A stretch of DNA of 64,000 nucleotides from NCBI GenBank assembly GCA_030390025.1, contig JASTWF010000033.1, positions 124,001-188,000 on the forward strand, given 5' to 3'. Origin of the DNA: Squalus acanthias (taxonomy: Eukaryota). The position numbers and the translations under genes were made by a program. This document shows, piece after piece, positions 1-11,449 of the stretch. Each line of letters opens with the position of its first letter. Position 1 is the first letter of the stretch. The notes below the pieces were generated by a model, which saw nothing but the letters and a program-made list of their open reading frames with translations, was not told where the DNA came from and made no database searches.

Positions 1-32
1 CAGTTTCTTATTTTCTAAGGTATCGGTGATTA

Positions 33-860
33 TAGAATCATGGAATGATACAGCACAGAAGGATGCCATTCGGCCCACCGTACCTGTGCTGGCTCTTTGG
101 TAGAGCTGTCCAATTAATTCCACTCCTCTGCTCTTTCCACAGTATTTTATTTTATCTCAAGTATTTTTTCCAAATCCCCCTTGAAAGTTACTATTGAATC
201 TGCTTCCACCGCCCTTTCAGGCAGCGCATTCCAGATCACAACAACTCGCTGTGTAAAACAAAAGCTTCCTCATGTTGTCTCGGGTTCTTTTGCCAATCAC
301 ATTAAATCTGTGTCATCTGGTTACCGACCCCACTTCCACTGGAAACAGTTGTTCCTTAAGTACTCTATTAAATCTATGTAGTCTTCAGAACACCTCTATC
401 AAATCTCCTCTTAACCTTCTCTGCTCTAATCACAACAACCCCAGCTTCTCCAGTCTCTCCACATAACTGAAGTCCCTTGTCTCTGGTACCATTCTAGTAA
501 ATCTCTTCTGCACACGCTCCAAGGCCTTGACATTTTCCTAAAGTGTGGTGTCCAGAATTGGACACAATGCTGCAGCTGAAGCCTAATCAGTGCTTTATAA
601 TATTTTCGCATAACTTCATTGCTTTTGTACTCTACTGCTTTTTAATAAAGCGAATGATCCCGTATGCTTTATTAATATACTTCTCAAATTGTCCGGCCGC
701 ATTCAAAGATTAGTGTACATACATGCCTAGGTCCCTCTGTTCCTGCACTCCCTTTATAGTTACACCATTGAGATCACATTGCCTCTCCTCATTTTTCACT
801 TCATAATTCTCTGTGATCAATAGTATCTGCCCAGTGACTGCCTAATTGAATCACAGTTCG
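33..860 (-). mobile_element. Degenerate CR1-type LINE 3' fragment
   Basis: 3' tail (agaatcatggaatgatacagcacagaagga-gccattcggccc) on the + strand. ORF 426..611 contains YKALIRLQLQHCVQFWTPHFRK, a decayed CR1 C-terminal LVRPHLEYCVQFWSP motif. Confidence 0.85.
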
Positions 861-1144
861 GGCTATGCTGTAAGCAAAGGGATTGGATTCCGAAAGAAAC
901 GCCATCAGAGAAGTGTAGGATCATGTCAGGGAGGTCTCTGAAACTCTCAATCCCTCCAGCCTGAGGAGCAGTTTATAAGGGTAAAGACCCTGCCAAATGT
1001 TCTTGGCATTTAGTCTCTTGATTTCGGCTCCAATTATATTTTATTCTGCTAATGGAAAATATGCCAGTAAACTGGGTAAGGAGATAACTTTATATGCAGG
1101 AATGAGGGTCAGTTAGAAGGTGTTGCATGAATGACTTTTAAACC

Positions 1145-1232
1145 GATGGTCAGCCAGGAGCGTATTGAATGGTGGAGTAGGTTTGAAGGGCCGAATGGCC
1201 AATTCCTGCTCCTATTGCTTATGTTCTCTTGT
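1145..1232 (+). mobile_element. Isolated CR1 3' UTR terminus
   Basis: tcagccag...ttgaatggtggagtaggtttgaagggccgaatggcc..ttcctgctcctattgcttatgttct matches the CR1 3' ends at 13630-13717 and 36235-36323. Confidence 0.75.
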
Positions 1233-1234
1233 TG

Positions 1235-1640
1235 TCCAGTCAGTCTACGTCCTCCTGAAGTCTGTTACTATCCTCCTCATTGTGTGCTACATTTCCGAGT
1301 TTTGATGCCCTGTATACCCAACTATAGGTCATTAAAATATATCAAAGAGAGTACTGGTCCTAATAGCGACCCCTGGGGAACACCTCTGTATAATTCCCTC
1401 CAGACTGAAAAACAACCGACCACCACTACTCTCTGCTTTCTGACCCTTAGCCAATTTGGTATCCATGCTGCCCTGTCCTATTAATCGCAAGGAATACAAT
1501 TTTATGAACAGTTATGTCATGTGGTACTTTGTCAAACGCCTTTTGAAAGTCCATAGACACAACATCAACCGCACTACCCTCATGATGTCATATTTTCCTA
1601 CCAAAGTGCATCACCTCGCGTTCATCTCTGTTAATGGTCA
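1235..1640 (-). mobile_element. Degenerate CR1 RT fragment
   Basis: The minus strand gives a GVPQGS-LGP motif (gacccctggggaacacc), RKQRVVV, and a [19 protein letters not shown] stretch (gtggtactttgtcaaacgccttttgaaagtccat). Confidence 0.75.
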
Positions 1641-1984
1641 CTTGTCACTTAACTGCGCAGTCTGTACGTTTTCTAATGTCTATTGTGAGATGTCATGTAG
1701 AGAAATGTCTTTTCAATTTTGGAAGCAAAGCATCAGTGTATTGAATAAAAAAACAATAATAATTAATAAAGGCAGCCATCTAAAACTGTGTGTGGTTTTG
1801 GAACTTTATCAGAAAATCTGAGGATTTATTGCAAAGTAAACTCTTGGCTTCTCACATTGCACCACTGCTTTTTGAAGAAGTTGGTGAAGATATTATTTAT
1901 TTCGAATAACAGAAGCGCTCTCCTGTTTGCTTCAGGCTCCCTTTTTGACTTCCGATATATGCATCGAACATCGTAAACTCCTCT

Positions 1985-3285
1985 ACACCCCATCTAATAG
2001 CCTCAGCTCCTCCCCATCCCACCTAATATCCTCAGCACCTCCCCACCCCACCTGATATCCTCAGCTCCTCCCCACCACACCTAATAACCTCATCTCCTCC
2101 CCACCCCACCTACTATCCTCAGCACCTCCCCACACCACCTAATATCCTCAGCTCCTCCCCACCCCACCTAATATCCTCAGCTCCTCCCCACCACACCTAA
2201 TATCCTCAGCTCCTCCCCACCACACCTAATATCCTCAGCTCCTCCCCACCCCACCTAATATCCTCAGCTCCTCCCCACCCCACCTAATATCCTCAGCTCC
2301 TCCCAAGCCCACCTAATATCCTCAACTCCTCCCCACCTCACCTAATATCCTCAACTCCTCCCCACCTCACCAATATCCTCAGCTCCTCCCCACCCCACCT
2401 AATACCCTCAGCTCCTCCCCACCCCTCCTACTATCCTCAGCTCCACCCCACCCCACCTAATATCTTCAGATCCTCCCCACCCCACCTAATATCCTCAGCT
2501 CCTCGCCACCCCACCTAATATACTCAGCTCCTCCCCACCCCTCCTAATATCCTCAGCTCCTCCCCAACCCACCTAATATCCTCAGCTCCTCCCCACCTCA
2601 CCTAATATCCTCAGCTCCTCCACAACCCCATCTAATATCCTCAGCTCCTCCCCACCCCACCTAATATCCTCAGCACCTCCCCACCCCACCTAATATCCTC
2701 AGCTCCTCCCCACCTCACCTAATATCCTCAGCTCCTCCCCACCCCACCTAATATCCTCAACTCCTCCCCACCTCACCAATATCCTCAGCTCCTCCCCACC
2801 CCACCTAATATCCTCAGCACCTCCCCACCACAGCTAATATCCTCAGCTCCTCCCCTCCCTACCTAATATCCACAGCTCCTCCCCACCCCTCCTAATATCC
2901 TCAGCTCCTCCCCAACCCACCTAATATCCTCAGCACCTCCCCACCCCTCCTAATATCCTCAGCTCCTCCCCACCCTACCTAATATCCTCAGCTCCTCCCC
3001 ACCCCTCCTAATATCCTCAGCTCCTCCCCAACCCACCTAATATCCTCAGCTCCTCCCCACCCCACCTAATATCCTCAGCTCCTCCCCACCGCACCTAATA
3101 TCCTCAGCTCCTCCCCACCCCTCCAAATATCCTCAGCTCCTCCCCACCCCACCTAATGTCCTCAGCTTCTCCCCAGCCCACCTAATATCCTCAGCTCCTC
3201 CCGACCCCACCTAATATCCTCAGCTCCTCCCCACCTAATATCCTCAGCTCCTCCCCAACCCACCTAATATCCTCAGCTCCTCCCA
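1985..3285. repeat. 29-bp C-rich minisatellite (acctaatatcctcagctcctccccacccc)n, about 45 units
   Basis: Direct tandem repetition visible in the sequence. Confidence 0.97.
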
Positions 3286-3504
3286 ATCAATGTTCCCTCG
3301 ATTTTTTTTGTACTGAGAGGCCACGAACTCCTTTGAGCGACCTTTTTGTCCGTGGGCAAATTTTACAACATAAATTTCAGAGAATCTTTTAGAAAAGCAA
3401 CTTTAACAACAACGACAGCAAAAAGAACCAATTAAAATCATGTACACAGTAATGAGACATTGCCACCCCACCACCTCAAATCATGAGACAATCAGAAAAG
3501 GTTC

Positions 3505-4670
3505 TGAAAGTTTAACATAACTTCCCTGCTTTTGAAATCTATTCCTCTCGAAATGAACCTGTGCTTTATTTGCACTTTTATTGCTTTTTAACCTGCGTTG
3601 CTACTTCTGATGATTTGTGAATCTATACCCCTAGATCCATTTGCACCTTTACCACATTTGGACTCTCTGGGGGGAAAAATTCAGTTGGTTGCGCCTCCCG
3701 TTAGTGCCTTAAGAGGGCGCTAATGGGGCGCAAAGCAACTAGCGCCCGGGCGCGGCGATGTCTGCGCCGCTCACGAAATTAACTAGACATTTTGCGGCGG
3801 CGCTAAACACTACCGCCACGATCTCCTGCGCCGGCAGATCGTGACGTCAGTCGAGTACGCAACGCCCGGTGATGATATTGAGTGGCGCCCCCTGCCTTAC
3901 TGGCTGCCGCTAGGAACGACAGGTTGAGGGGAGCGTTTTCCAGTCAGAAAGGGACTGGGGGAGCGCTATTTACAGGCGAACGCTTCCTGCCTTTTTTTGT
4001 TGGTGACATCTTTGAACCACGCATTCTGAGAGAGAGAGAGAGAGACTTCTGGAGAGATTCAACGCTGTGTGAAGGAGTTTTGGGTACTGAGCAGCACTTT
4101 GCAGGTTCATTTTGATTTGCCCTTCCTTGTATCGATTTAGAAGAGACTGTGGGGGCTGCAATCTGAGCTCTTTCCCTGGGACTATCCATTATTCTTTCCA
4201 GCAAATTTCATGTACAGGTCTCTCCAGGCCGAGATTCAAGGTTGCAATGAGCAGGATGTGGATGGAAAGCAAGATCAACCCTCCCCTTTAAGAACTGGCC
4301 GGGGCCATTGTGTGTGTGTTCCATTACTGACTGACATCACATGAGCTTCGCCAGCGCTCTGAGTTAGCACCTCGCTCCTCGGCCTTTGCACCTTAAGAGA
4401 GGTGTGTAGCGCCTGATTTATCACTCCAATCACCTCCAGGGGCGATAAAAGTCAAGGTTGCAGTCGGAAGCGATAATTAGCGCCAGGCGCTAATCTTTGC
4501 AGCCGGCCGATAATTGCGCCCCAAACGGGGCGATACTGAATTTTCCCCCCTTATTTTACAAGGAGTAGCTGGGCTACTTACTCGTGCTAACAAAATGCAT
4601 CACCTCACACATACCCATATTGAAATTAATTTATCATTTTCATGCCCATTCTGCAAGTTTGTTTATGGTA
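3505..4670 (-). mobile_element. Old CR1 fragment split by a MITE (CR1 parts about 3505-3668 and 4551-4670)
   Basis: cataacttccctgcttttgaaatctattcctct (RGIDFKSREVM on minus) lies left of the MITE, and caaaatgcatcacctcacac (CEVMHF on minus) lies right of it. Confidence 0.75.
3669..4550. mobile_element. Non-autonomous DNA transposon (MITE), probably PIF/Harbinger-derived
   Basis: Terminal inverted repeats GGGGGGAAAAATTCAGT (3669) and ACTGAATTTTCCCCCC (4535-4550), GC-rich subterminal gcgcc/ggcgc repeats, a right flank starting TTA, and interruption of a CR1 remnant. The superfamily call is an inference from G-rich TIR ends and the TTA flank. Confidence 0.75.
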
Positions 4671-5743
4671 GGATTAATTAAAAGCTTTTAGTTCGTCATG
4701 TACAAACTCTATTTAAATAAATCCTTGTCAGAAATGACTGGGATATAAAATATCTGCAGAATAATAAATTAACACTTCAGAAACGTCACTCAGTTACACA
4801 TCGACAAATAATTCAAAAGCCCAAGGTGAGCTGAATGAGGCAGATCTATTCGTGCAATTTGTATTAATTTTAATGTTTTCAACGTATTATCCCATCCCTC
4901 ATGTCACTATAGCAATGGCTGCACAAGCAGCAGGAGCAGCGGCTTTCCTATGGCGCTGACGTGCTGTACGTCCAGATATGTAATCAGAATATTAATCACA
5001 ATACAACCAGACAACCAACAAATATAAAGTGCTGTAGTTCTTTAGTTCACAGTATTAAAAAGAATTGAACAAAAACGGGTATCCGTATTTCCAACTTCAA
5101 TCACTTCCATTAATAACCGTGGTCTTATTGAACCAGAACACCCTCCATGTAACATGTCAGAAATGCAGCACTTATTCACAAGTGCAGAAAAACACACACA
5201 ATTTCCGTCACTGAATTAAATCAAAAAGCAGGAAAAACTACGATTTAGCACAAATAAATATTCATTATTCTTCCTGGACAAGAGAACCAATCAGACTGAC
5301 TTGGAATGTTTACTAATATGTTAACGTAAAGATGTTAATTTACAAATTTCGCTTCCAATGTTTATTCTCTCAAGCATTCTCCACAATATTAATCCCTGCT
5401 CTTGTCACGAAAAGTGTTGAATTATTTTAGGTACTTCCCAATTAAATAGCAGGAAACAAACTTCATTTTGCTCTCAATTTTCAATCTCCTAATTCAAACA
5501 TTTATAGCAAATAGAAATTGTGCATTATCAGTTTAATCAAAGTATTTTGTGTGTCTTTCTCAATAAACAAATAATGGTTTCTTCTAAAGTAGCTTCTTGC
5601 ATTTTTCATACATCAGTACAGAGTTCTTGTTTCTATTAACGCTCCACTAAACATTTAAGAGGAAATCTATATTTACATTATTTACATTATTCCTGGGACT
5701 TGTTCCGACTATAGAACGACAGACACAATGAAATCGTTCACAA

Positions 5744-6146
5744 TAGCAAAATACAGCGGATGCTGGAATCTGAGATATAAACAGAAAATGCTGGAAATAC
5801 TCAGCAGGTCAGGCAGCATCTGTGGAGAGCGAGAGAGAAATAACTTTAACGTTTCAGGTCTGTGACCTTTCGTCCGAACTGGAAAAAGTTAGAGTTGTAA
5901 CAGATTTTAACCAGGTGCAGAGGCCGGATTTAACCACTCCTGCCTTCCACCATATCACAGCCCATCCCTTGTGTTCCTTCCTCCCCTCCCGCCTTTCCCT
6001 GCCTCTGCACCTGGTTAAAATCTGTTACAACTCTAACATTGTCCAGTTCTGACGAAAGGTCACAGACCTGAACCGTTAACTCTGTTTCTCTCTCCACAGA
6101 TGCTGCCTGACCTGCTGAGTATTTCCAGCATTTTCTGTTTTTATAT
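5744..6146. mobile_element. Penelope-like element terminal-repeat remnant with an inverted duplication
   Basis: Arms of about 150 bp (5775-5924 and 6001-6146) are reverse complements around a 76-bp spacer. Each arm carries a minimal hammerhead-like motif. The same sequence recurs at 17774-17902. Confidence 0.75.
6045..6081 (+). ncRNA. Minimal type I hammerhead ribozyme motif, probably inactive (core substitution)
   Basis: agtt-CTGACGA-a-aggtc(aca)gacct-GAAC-cgtt-aact gives stem I agtt/aact and stem II aggtc/gacct. The GAAA core reads GAAC here but GAAA in the two other copies. Confidence 0.6.
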
Positions 6147-7116
6147 TATATAAAATAAAATTGTTTGTGTTTTTCTCCTTTTTTGGTTCTCTTTCTAAAC
6201 GTCTTAATGATATTTTTAAAATGTCAATAAAAAGTAATATGTAACTCCTCCAAATCCATCCCTGCCTTCCCCTCCTGAACAGGATGGTTGCATGTTTGTG
6301 TGAAGCTACTCACTACAGTCGATCGTTCAAAATCAAATATTGAGAAATTTCAATTATAAAAAGTTTTAAGCATTTCAGAGCCTCCTTAACAGCCTCGGAC
6401 TTCAAGACCCACTTGAAACTTATTTAGACGAAGGTAACATTGATTTATCCTTGTTTCTCCCAAAATCATACCAGAAAATTAGGGTGAAAAAAGTGTTTAT
6501 AACGTTAATTTTTTGTGAAAAGTTAATTAAAAATCTTTAAATTCTTTCTAGTCTCATTGCAGCTTTGACAGAATAAGTTGCTCCAAGTTTCTCTTTCCCT
6601 CTTCCATGCTTTCGCTAAACATGCAACAATAAAATAAAGTAAAATCTGACTCCAAACGGAGCTCAAATCAGAAAGTGAATAAAGTGATTAAACTTCCAAT
6701 GAAGGCGGTGAGGTTTTCTGTCCTCAGCCTTGGCGATGAGTTGGGATCAGTTCTAGAGAAGTTGCTTCCTTTATTTCTGCTGCCGTTCCCTCCGTTTCTC
6801 ACAGACTCGGAGGTACAAACGGGGGGACAATCTTTTCCCCTCTCCCCATAACATTATAGAATAACCCTAATAAACTCTTTCAAAAAGGGACAATATCTGG
6901 CAAAATTTAACTGGAACTCACCGCGGGACATTCAACATCACTTTCCCGTATTTTTTGCGGATTTAAGTAATTTTCCGATTAAAAAAAAAATTCACTTAGG
7001 CCCTAAAACTTGTTTGCTTTCGCCTCCTTCCAGCAGCCCTTGTACATGTGCTGCACCTCCACCTGTGTTGTTGTGAGACCCGGCTCAGTCCCCGCGAGTG
7101 GAACACATGCACCTGG

Positions 7117-7282
7117 ACCCTCTCTCTCTCGCTGTGTGCCCCCTCCCTGTCCCTCTCTCTGTTTCAGTCTCTCTCGCCCTCTATCCCTGTCTCTCTCTCA
7201 ATCTCCCTCTGTCCCAGTCTCTCTCTCTCTGTCTGTCTCTCTCTCTCTCCCTCTGTCCCTGTCTCTCCGTCTATCTCCCTCG

Positions 7283-7323
<41 letters not shown>

Positions 7324-10300
7324 TGTCCCTGTCTCTCTATCTCCCTCTATCCCTGTCTCTCTCAATCTCCCTCTGTCCCTGTCTCTCTCGGTCTCTCTCT
7401 CTCTCCATCTGTCCCTGTCTCTCTCTCTCTCTCTGTCTCTATCTCTCTCTTTCTCTGTCCCTTTCTGTGTATCTATCTCCCTCTGTCCCTCTCTCTCTCT
7501 CTCTCTCTCTGTATGTCTCTCTGTCTCCCCCTCTGTCCCTGTCTCTCTCTCTCTCCCTCTTTCCCTGTCTCTCTCTCTATCTCCCTCTGTCTCTGTCTCC
7601 CTATCTCTCTCTGTCTGTCTCTCTATTTCCCTCTATCACTCTCTCTCTATCTGTTTCTATCTCTCTTTCCCCCCCCCTCTGTCCCTGTCTCTCTCTCTCT
7701 CACCCTTCGACTCTGTCTCTGTCTCTCTCTCTCGTGACTTCCCTCTGTCATTGTCTCTCTCTCCCCCCAATCTCTCTCTCTCCCTCCTACACTCTAACCC
7801 TCTCCCAGTCTCTCTCTCGCCAGTCTCTCACTCTCCCCTAGTCTCTCCCTCTCTCCCCAGTCTCTCTGACACCCCAAGGCTCTCTCTCCCTTTTCTCTCA
7901 CTCTCCCCTAGTCTCTCTTCCTCTCTCCCAATATCTCTCTCTCTCCCCAGTCTCTCTCTCTCTCTCTCTCTCCCCAGTCTCTCTCTGTCTCTCTCCATCT
8001 CCACCCGTCTCTCTGTATCTCCCCAGTCTCTCTCTCACAAGACTATCTCTAACTTCCCCAGTCTCTCCCCACTCGCTCTCTCCCCCACTCTCTCTCCCCC
8101 CTTTCCTTAACCCTAAGTCTCTCTCCCCGTCTCTCTATCTCCCGGTCTCTCTCTCGCTCCCCAGTCTCTCTCCCTCCCCCGGTCTCTCTCCCCAGTCTCT
8201 CTCTCTCTCTCTCTCTTACCACTCTCCCTCTCCCCAGTCTCTCTCTCACCCCAGTCTCTCTATCACCCCAGTCTCTCTCGCTCCCCAGTCTTTCTCTCTC
8301 CCTAATCGCTCTGTCTTTCTCTCTCTGTCTCTCTCTCCCCAATCTCTGTCTATCCCCGCTCTCTCTCTCTCCCCAACCTCTGTCTCCCCCCTCTTTCTCC
8401 CTCTCCCCATCTCTCTCTCCACAGTCTATCTCTCCCTACCCATTCGCTCTCTCTAGTCCCTCTCCCCCTCCCCGTCTCTCTTACCCCAGTCTCTTTCTCT
8501 CTCTCTTCCCTCTCTCTCTCAACCCAATCTCTTTCTCTCCCCCAGTCTCTCTCTCACAACAGTCTCTCTCGCTTCCCAGTGTATCTCTCTGCACAGTCTC
8601 TGTTCTCCCCATCTCTCCATCTCGCTCCCCAGTCTCTCTCCCTCTCCCCGTCTCTCCCTCCCCACTCTCTTTCTCCCAGTCTCTATCTCACAACCAGTCT
8701 CTCTCTCACCCCAGTCTCTCTCGCTCCCCAGTTCCTCTCTCTCTCTCGTCTCTCTCTTTCTCTTTCTCTCTCTTCGGCTATCTCTCTCCCCCACTCTCTA
8801 TCTCTCCTCCTCTGGCTCTCCCCGTCTATCTCTCCCCAGTCTCTCTCTCTCTCCCTCTATCTCTATTCCAGTCTTTATCTCGCTCCCCAGTCTCTCTCTC
8901 TCTTCCAGTCTCTCTCTCGCTCCCCAGACTCTCTCTCTCACGAGTCTCTCTCTCTCTCTCTCTTTCACGCTCCACGTCTCTCTCTCTCACCATTCTCTTT
9001 CGCACCCCTCTATCTCTCTCACCCCCAGTCTCCCTCTCTCCCCAGTTTCTCTCTCTCTCCCCCCTCTCTCTCCAATCTCTCTCTCCCCAGTCTCTCTCTC
9101 TCCCCCTCTCTCTCTCCTAGTCTCTCTTTCCCAGTCTCTCTCCCTGTTCTCTCTCTCCCCATCTCTCTCCCCAGTCTCTCTCACTTCCTCCTCTCTCTCT
9201 CCCACTCTCTCGCTCCTAGTCTCTCTCTTTCCCAGTCTCTCCCCTCTTCTCTCTCTCTGCCCTCTCTCTCCCCCATCTCTCTCCCAGTCTCCATCTCTCC
9301 CCAGTCTCTCTCTCTCTCCCTCTCTCTCTCCTAGTCTCTCGCTCCCCAGTCTCCCTCTATATCTCGCCCGCTCTCTCTTCTCGTCTCTGTCTCGCTCCCC
9401 AATCTCTCCCCCTGTCTCTCTCTCGCAGTCTCTCACTCTCTCTCCCCCGTCTCTCTCTCCCCGTCTCTCTCTCCCCCAGTCTGTCGCTTTCTGCCCCACT
9501 CTCTCTCTCCCACCAGTATCTCTTTCTCCCAGTCTCTCTCTCTCCGCACTATCTCTCTCTCAGTCTCCCTCTCCCCAGTCTCTCTCTCATCCTTTCTCTC
9601 TCCCAGTCTCTCTGTCTCGCAGTCTCTCTCCCGAGTCTCTAGCTCACTCCATCTCTCTCCCAGTCTCTCCCTCCCCAGTCTCTCTCTAACACCTTCCTCT
9701 CTCTCCCTCAACAATCTCTCTCTCCCAGTCTCTCTCTCCCCAGTATCTCTTTTTCACAGTCCCTCTCTCCCATTCTCTCTCGCCCCATCTCTCTCTCTCT
9801 CAGTCTCTCCCTCCCCACTCTCTTTCTCCCAGTCTCTTTCTCACAACCAGTCTCTCTCTCACCCCAGTCTCTCTCGCTCCCCAGTTCCTCTCTCTCTCTC
9901 GTCTCTCTCTTTCTCTTTCTCTCTCTTCGGCTATCTCTCTCCCCCACTCTCTATCTCTCCTCCTCTGGCTCTCCCCGTCTATCTCTCCCCAGTCTCTCTC
10001 TCTCTCCCTCTATCTCTATTCCAGTCTTTATCTCGCTCCCCAGTCTCTCTCTCTCTTCCAGTCTCTCTCTCGCTCCCCAGACTCTCTCTCTCACGAGTCT
10101 CTCTCTCTCTCTCTCTTTCACGCTCCACGTCTCTCTCTGTCACCATTCTCTTTCGCACCCCTCTATCTCTCTCACCCCCAGTCTCCCTCTCTCCCCAGTT
10201 TCTCTCTCTCTCCCCCCTCTCTCTCCAATCTCTCTCTCCCCAGTCTCTCTCTCTCCCCCTCTCTCTCTCCTAGTCTCTCTTTCCCAGTCTCTCTCCCTGT

Positions 10301-11449
10301 TCTCTCTCTCCCCATCTCTCTCCCCAGTCTCTCTCACTTCCCCCTCTCTCTCTCCCACTCTCTCGCTCCTAGTCTCTCTCTTTCCCAGTCTCTCCCCTCT
10401 TCTCTCTCTCTCCCCTCTCTCTCCCCCATCTCTCTCCCAGTCTCCATCTCTCCCCAGTCTCTCTCTCTCTCCCTCTCTCTCTCTCCTAGTCTCTCGCTCC
10501 CCAGTCTCCCTCTATATCTCGCCCGCTCTCTCTTCTCGTCTCTGTCTCGCTCCCCAATCTCTCCCCCTGTCTCCCTCTCGCAGTCTCTCACTCTCTCTCC
10601 CCCGTCTCTCTCTCCCCGTCTCTCTCTCCCCAAGTCTGTCGCTTTCTGCCCAACTCTCTCTCTCCCACCAGTATCTCTTTCTCCCAGTCTCTCTCTCTCC
10701 GCACTATCTCTCTCTCAGTCTCCCTCTCCCCAGTCTCTCTCTCATCCTTTCTCTCTCCCAGTCTCTCTGTCTCGCAGTCTCTCTCCCGAGTCTCTAGCTC
10801 ACTCCATCTCTCTCCCAGTCTCTCCCTCCCCAGTCTCTCTCTAACACCTTCCTCTCTCTCCCTCAACACTCTCTCTCTCCCAGTCTCTCTCTCCCCAGTA
10901 TCTCTTTTTCACAGTCCCTCTCTCCCATTCTCTCTCGCCCCATCTCTCTCTCTCCCAGTCTCTCCCTCCCCAGTCTCTCTCTAACACCTTCCTCTCTCTC
11001 CCTCAACACTCTCTCTCTCCCAGTCTCTCTCTCCCCAGTATCTCTTTTTCACAGTCCCTCTCTCCCATTCTCTCTCGCCCCATCTCTCTCTCTCTCAGTC
11101 TCTCTCTCCCCAGTCTCTCTCTTTCCCCAGTCTCTCGCTCTTTCCCCAGTCTCTCTCTCTCTCTTTCCCCACTCTCTCTCTCCCAGTCTTTCTCTCTCTC
11201 CCAACTCTTTCTCCCAATTCTCTTTCTCTCTCTGCCCAGTCTCTTTCTCTCTCTCCCCAGTCACTCTCTCTCCTGTAATCTCTGTCTCTCTCCCCAGTGT
11301 CTCTTTCTCTTTCCCCCCAGTCTCTCTCTCTCTCTCCCCAGTCTCTCACTCTCCTCTACTCACTGTCTCTCCCCCCAGTCTTACTCCCTGTCTCTCTCTC
11401 TTCCAGTCTGCCTCTCTCCCCACTATCTGTCTCTCTCCCCGTCTCTCTC
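7117..11449. repeat. About 4.3 kb (CT)n-rich polypyrimidine low-complexity tract with an internal duplication of about 1.15 kb
   Basis: Near-pure C/T strand with ccccagt spacers. Identical peptides recur at offsets of 1153-1155 bp (ORFs ending 8794/9947 and 9714/10869). Confidence 0.97.

Noticed and set aside
7010..11349. Long SLSL/ERER ORFs up to 366 aa
   Set aside because: They are translations of (CT)n low-complexity DNA.
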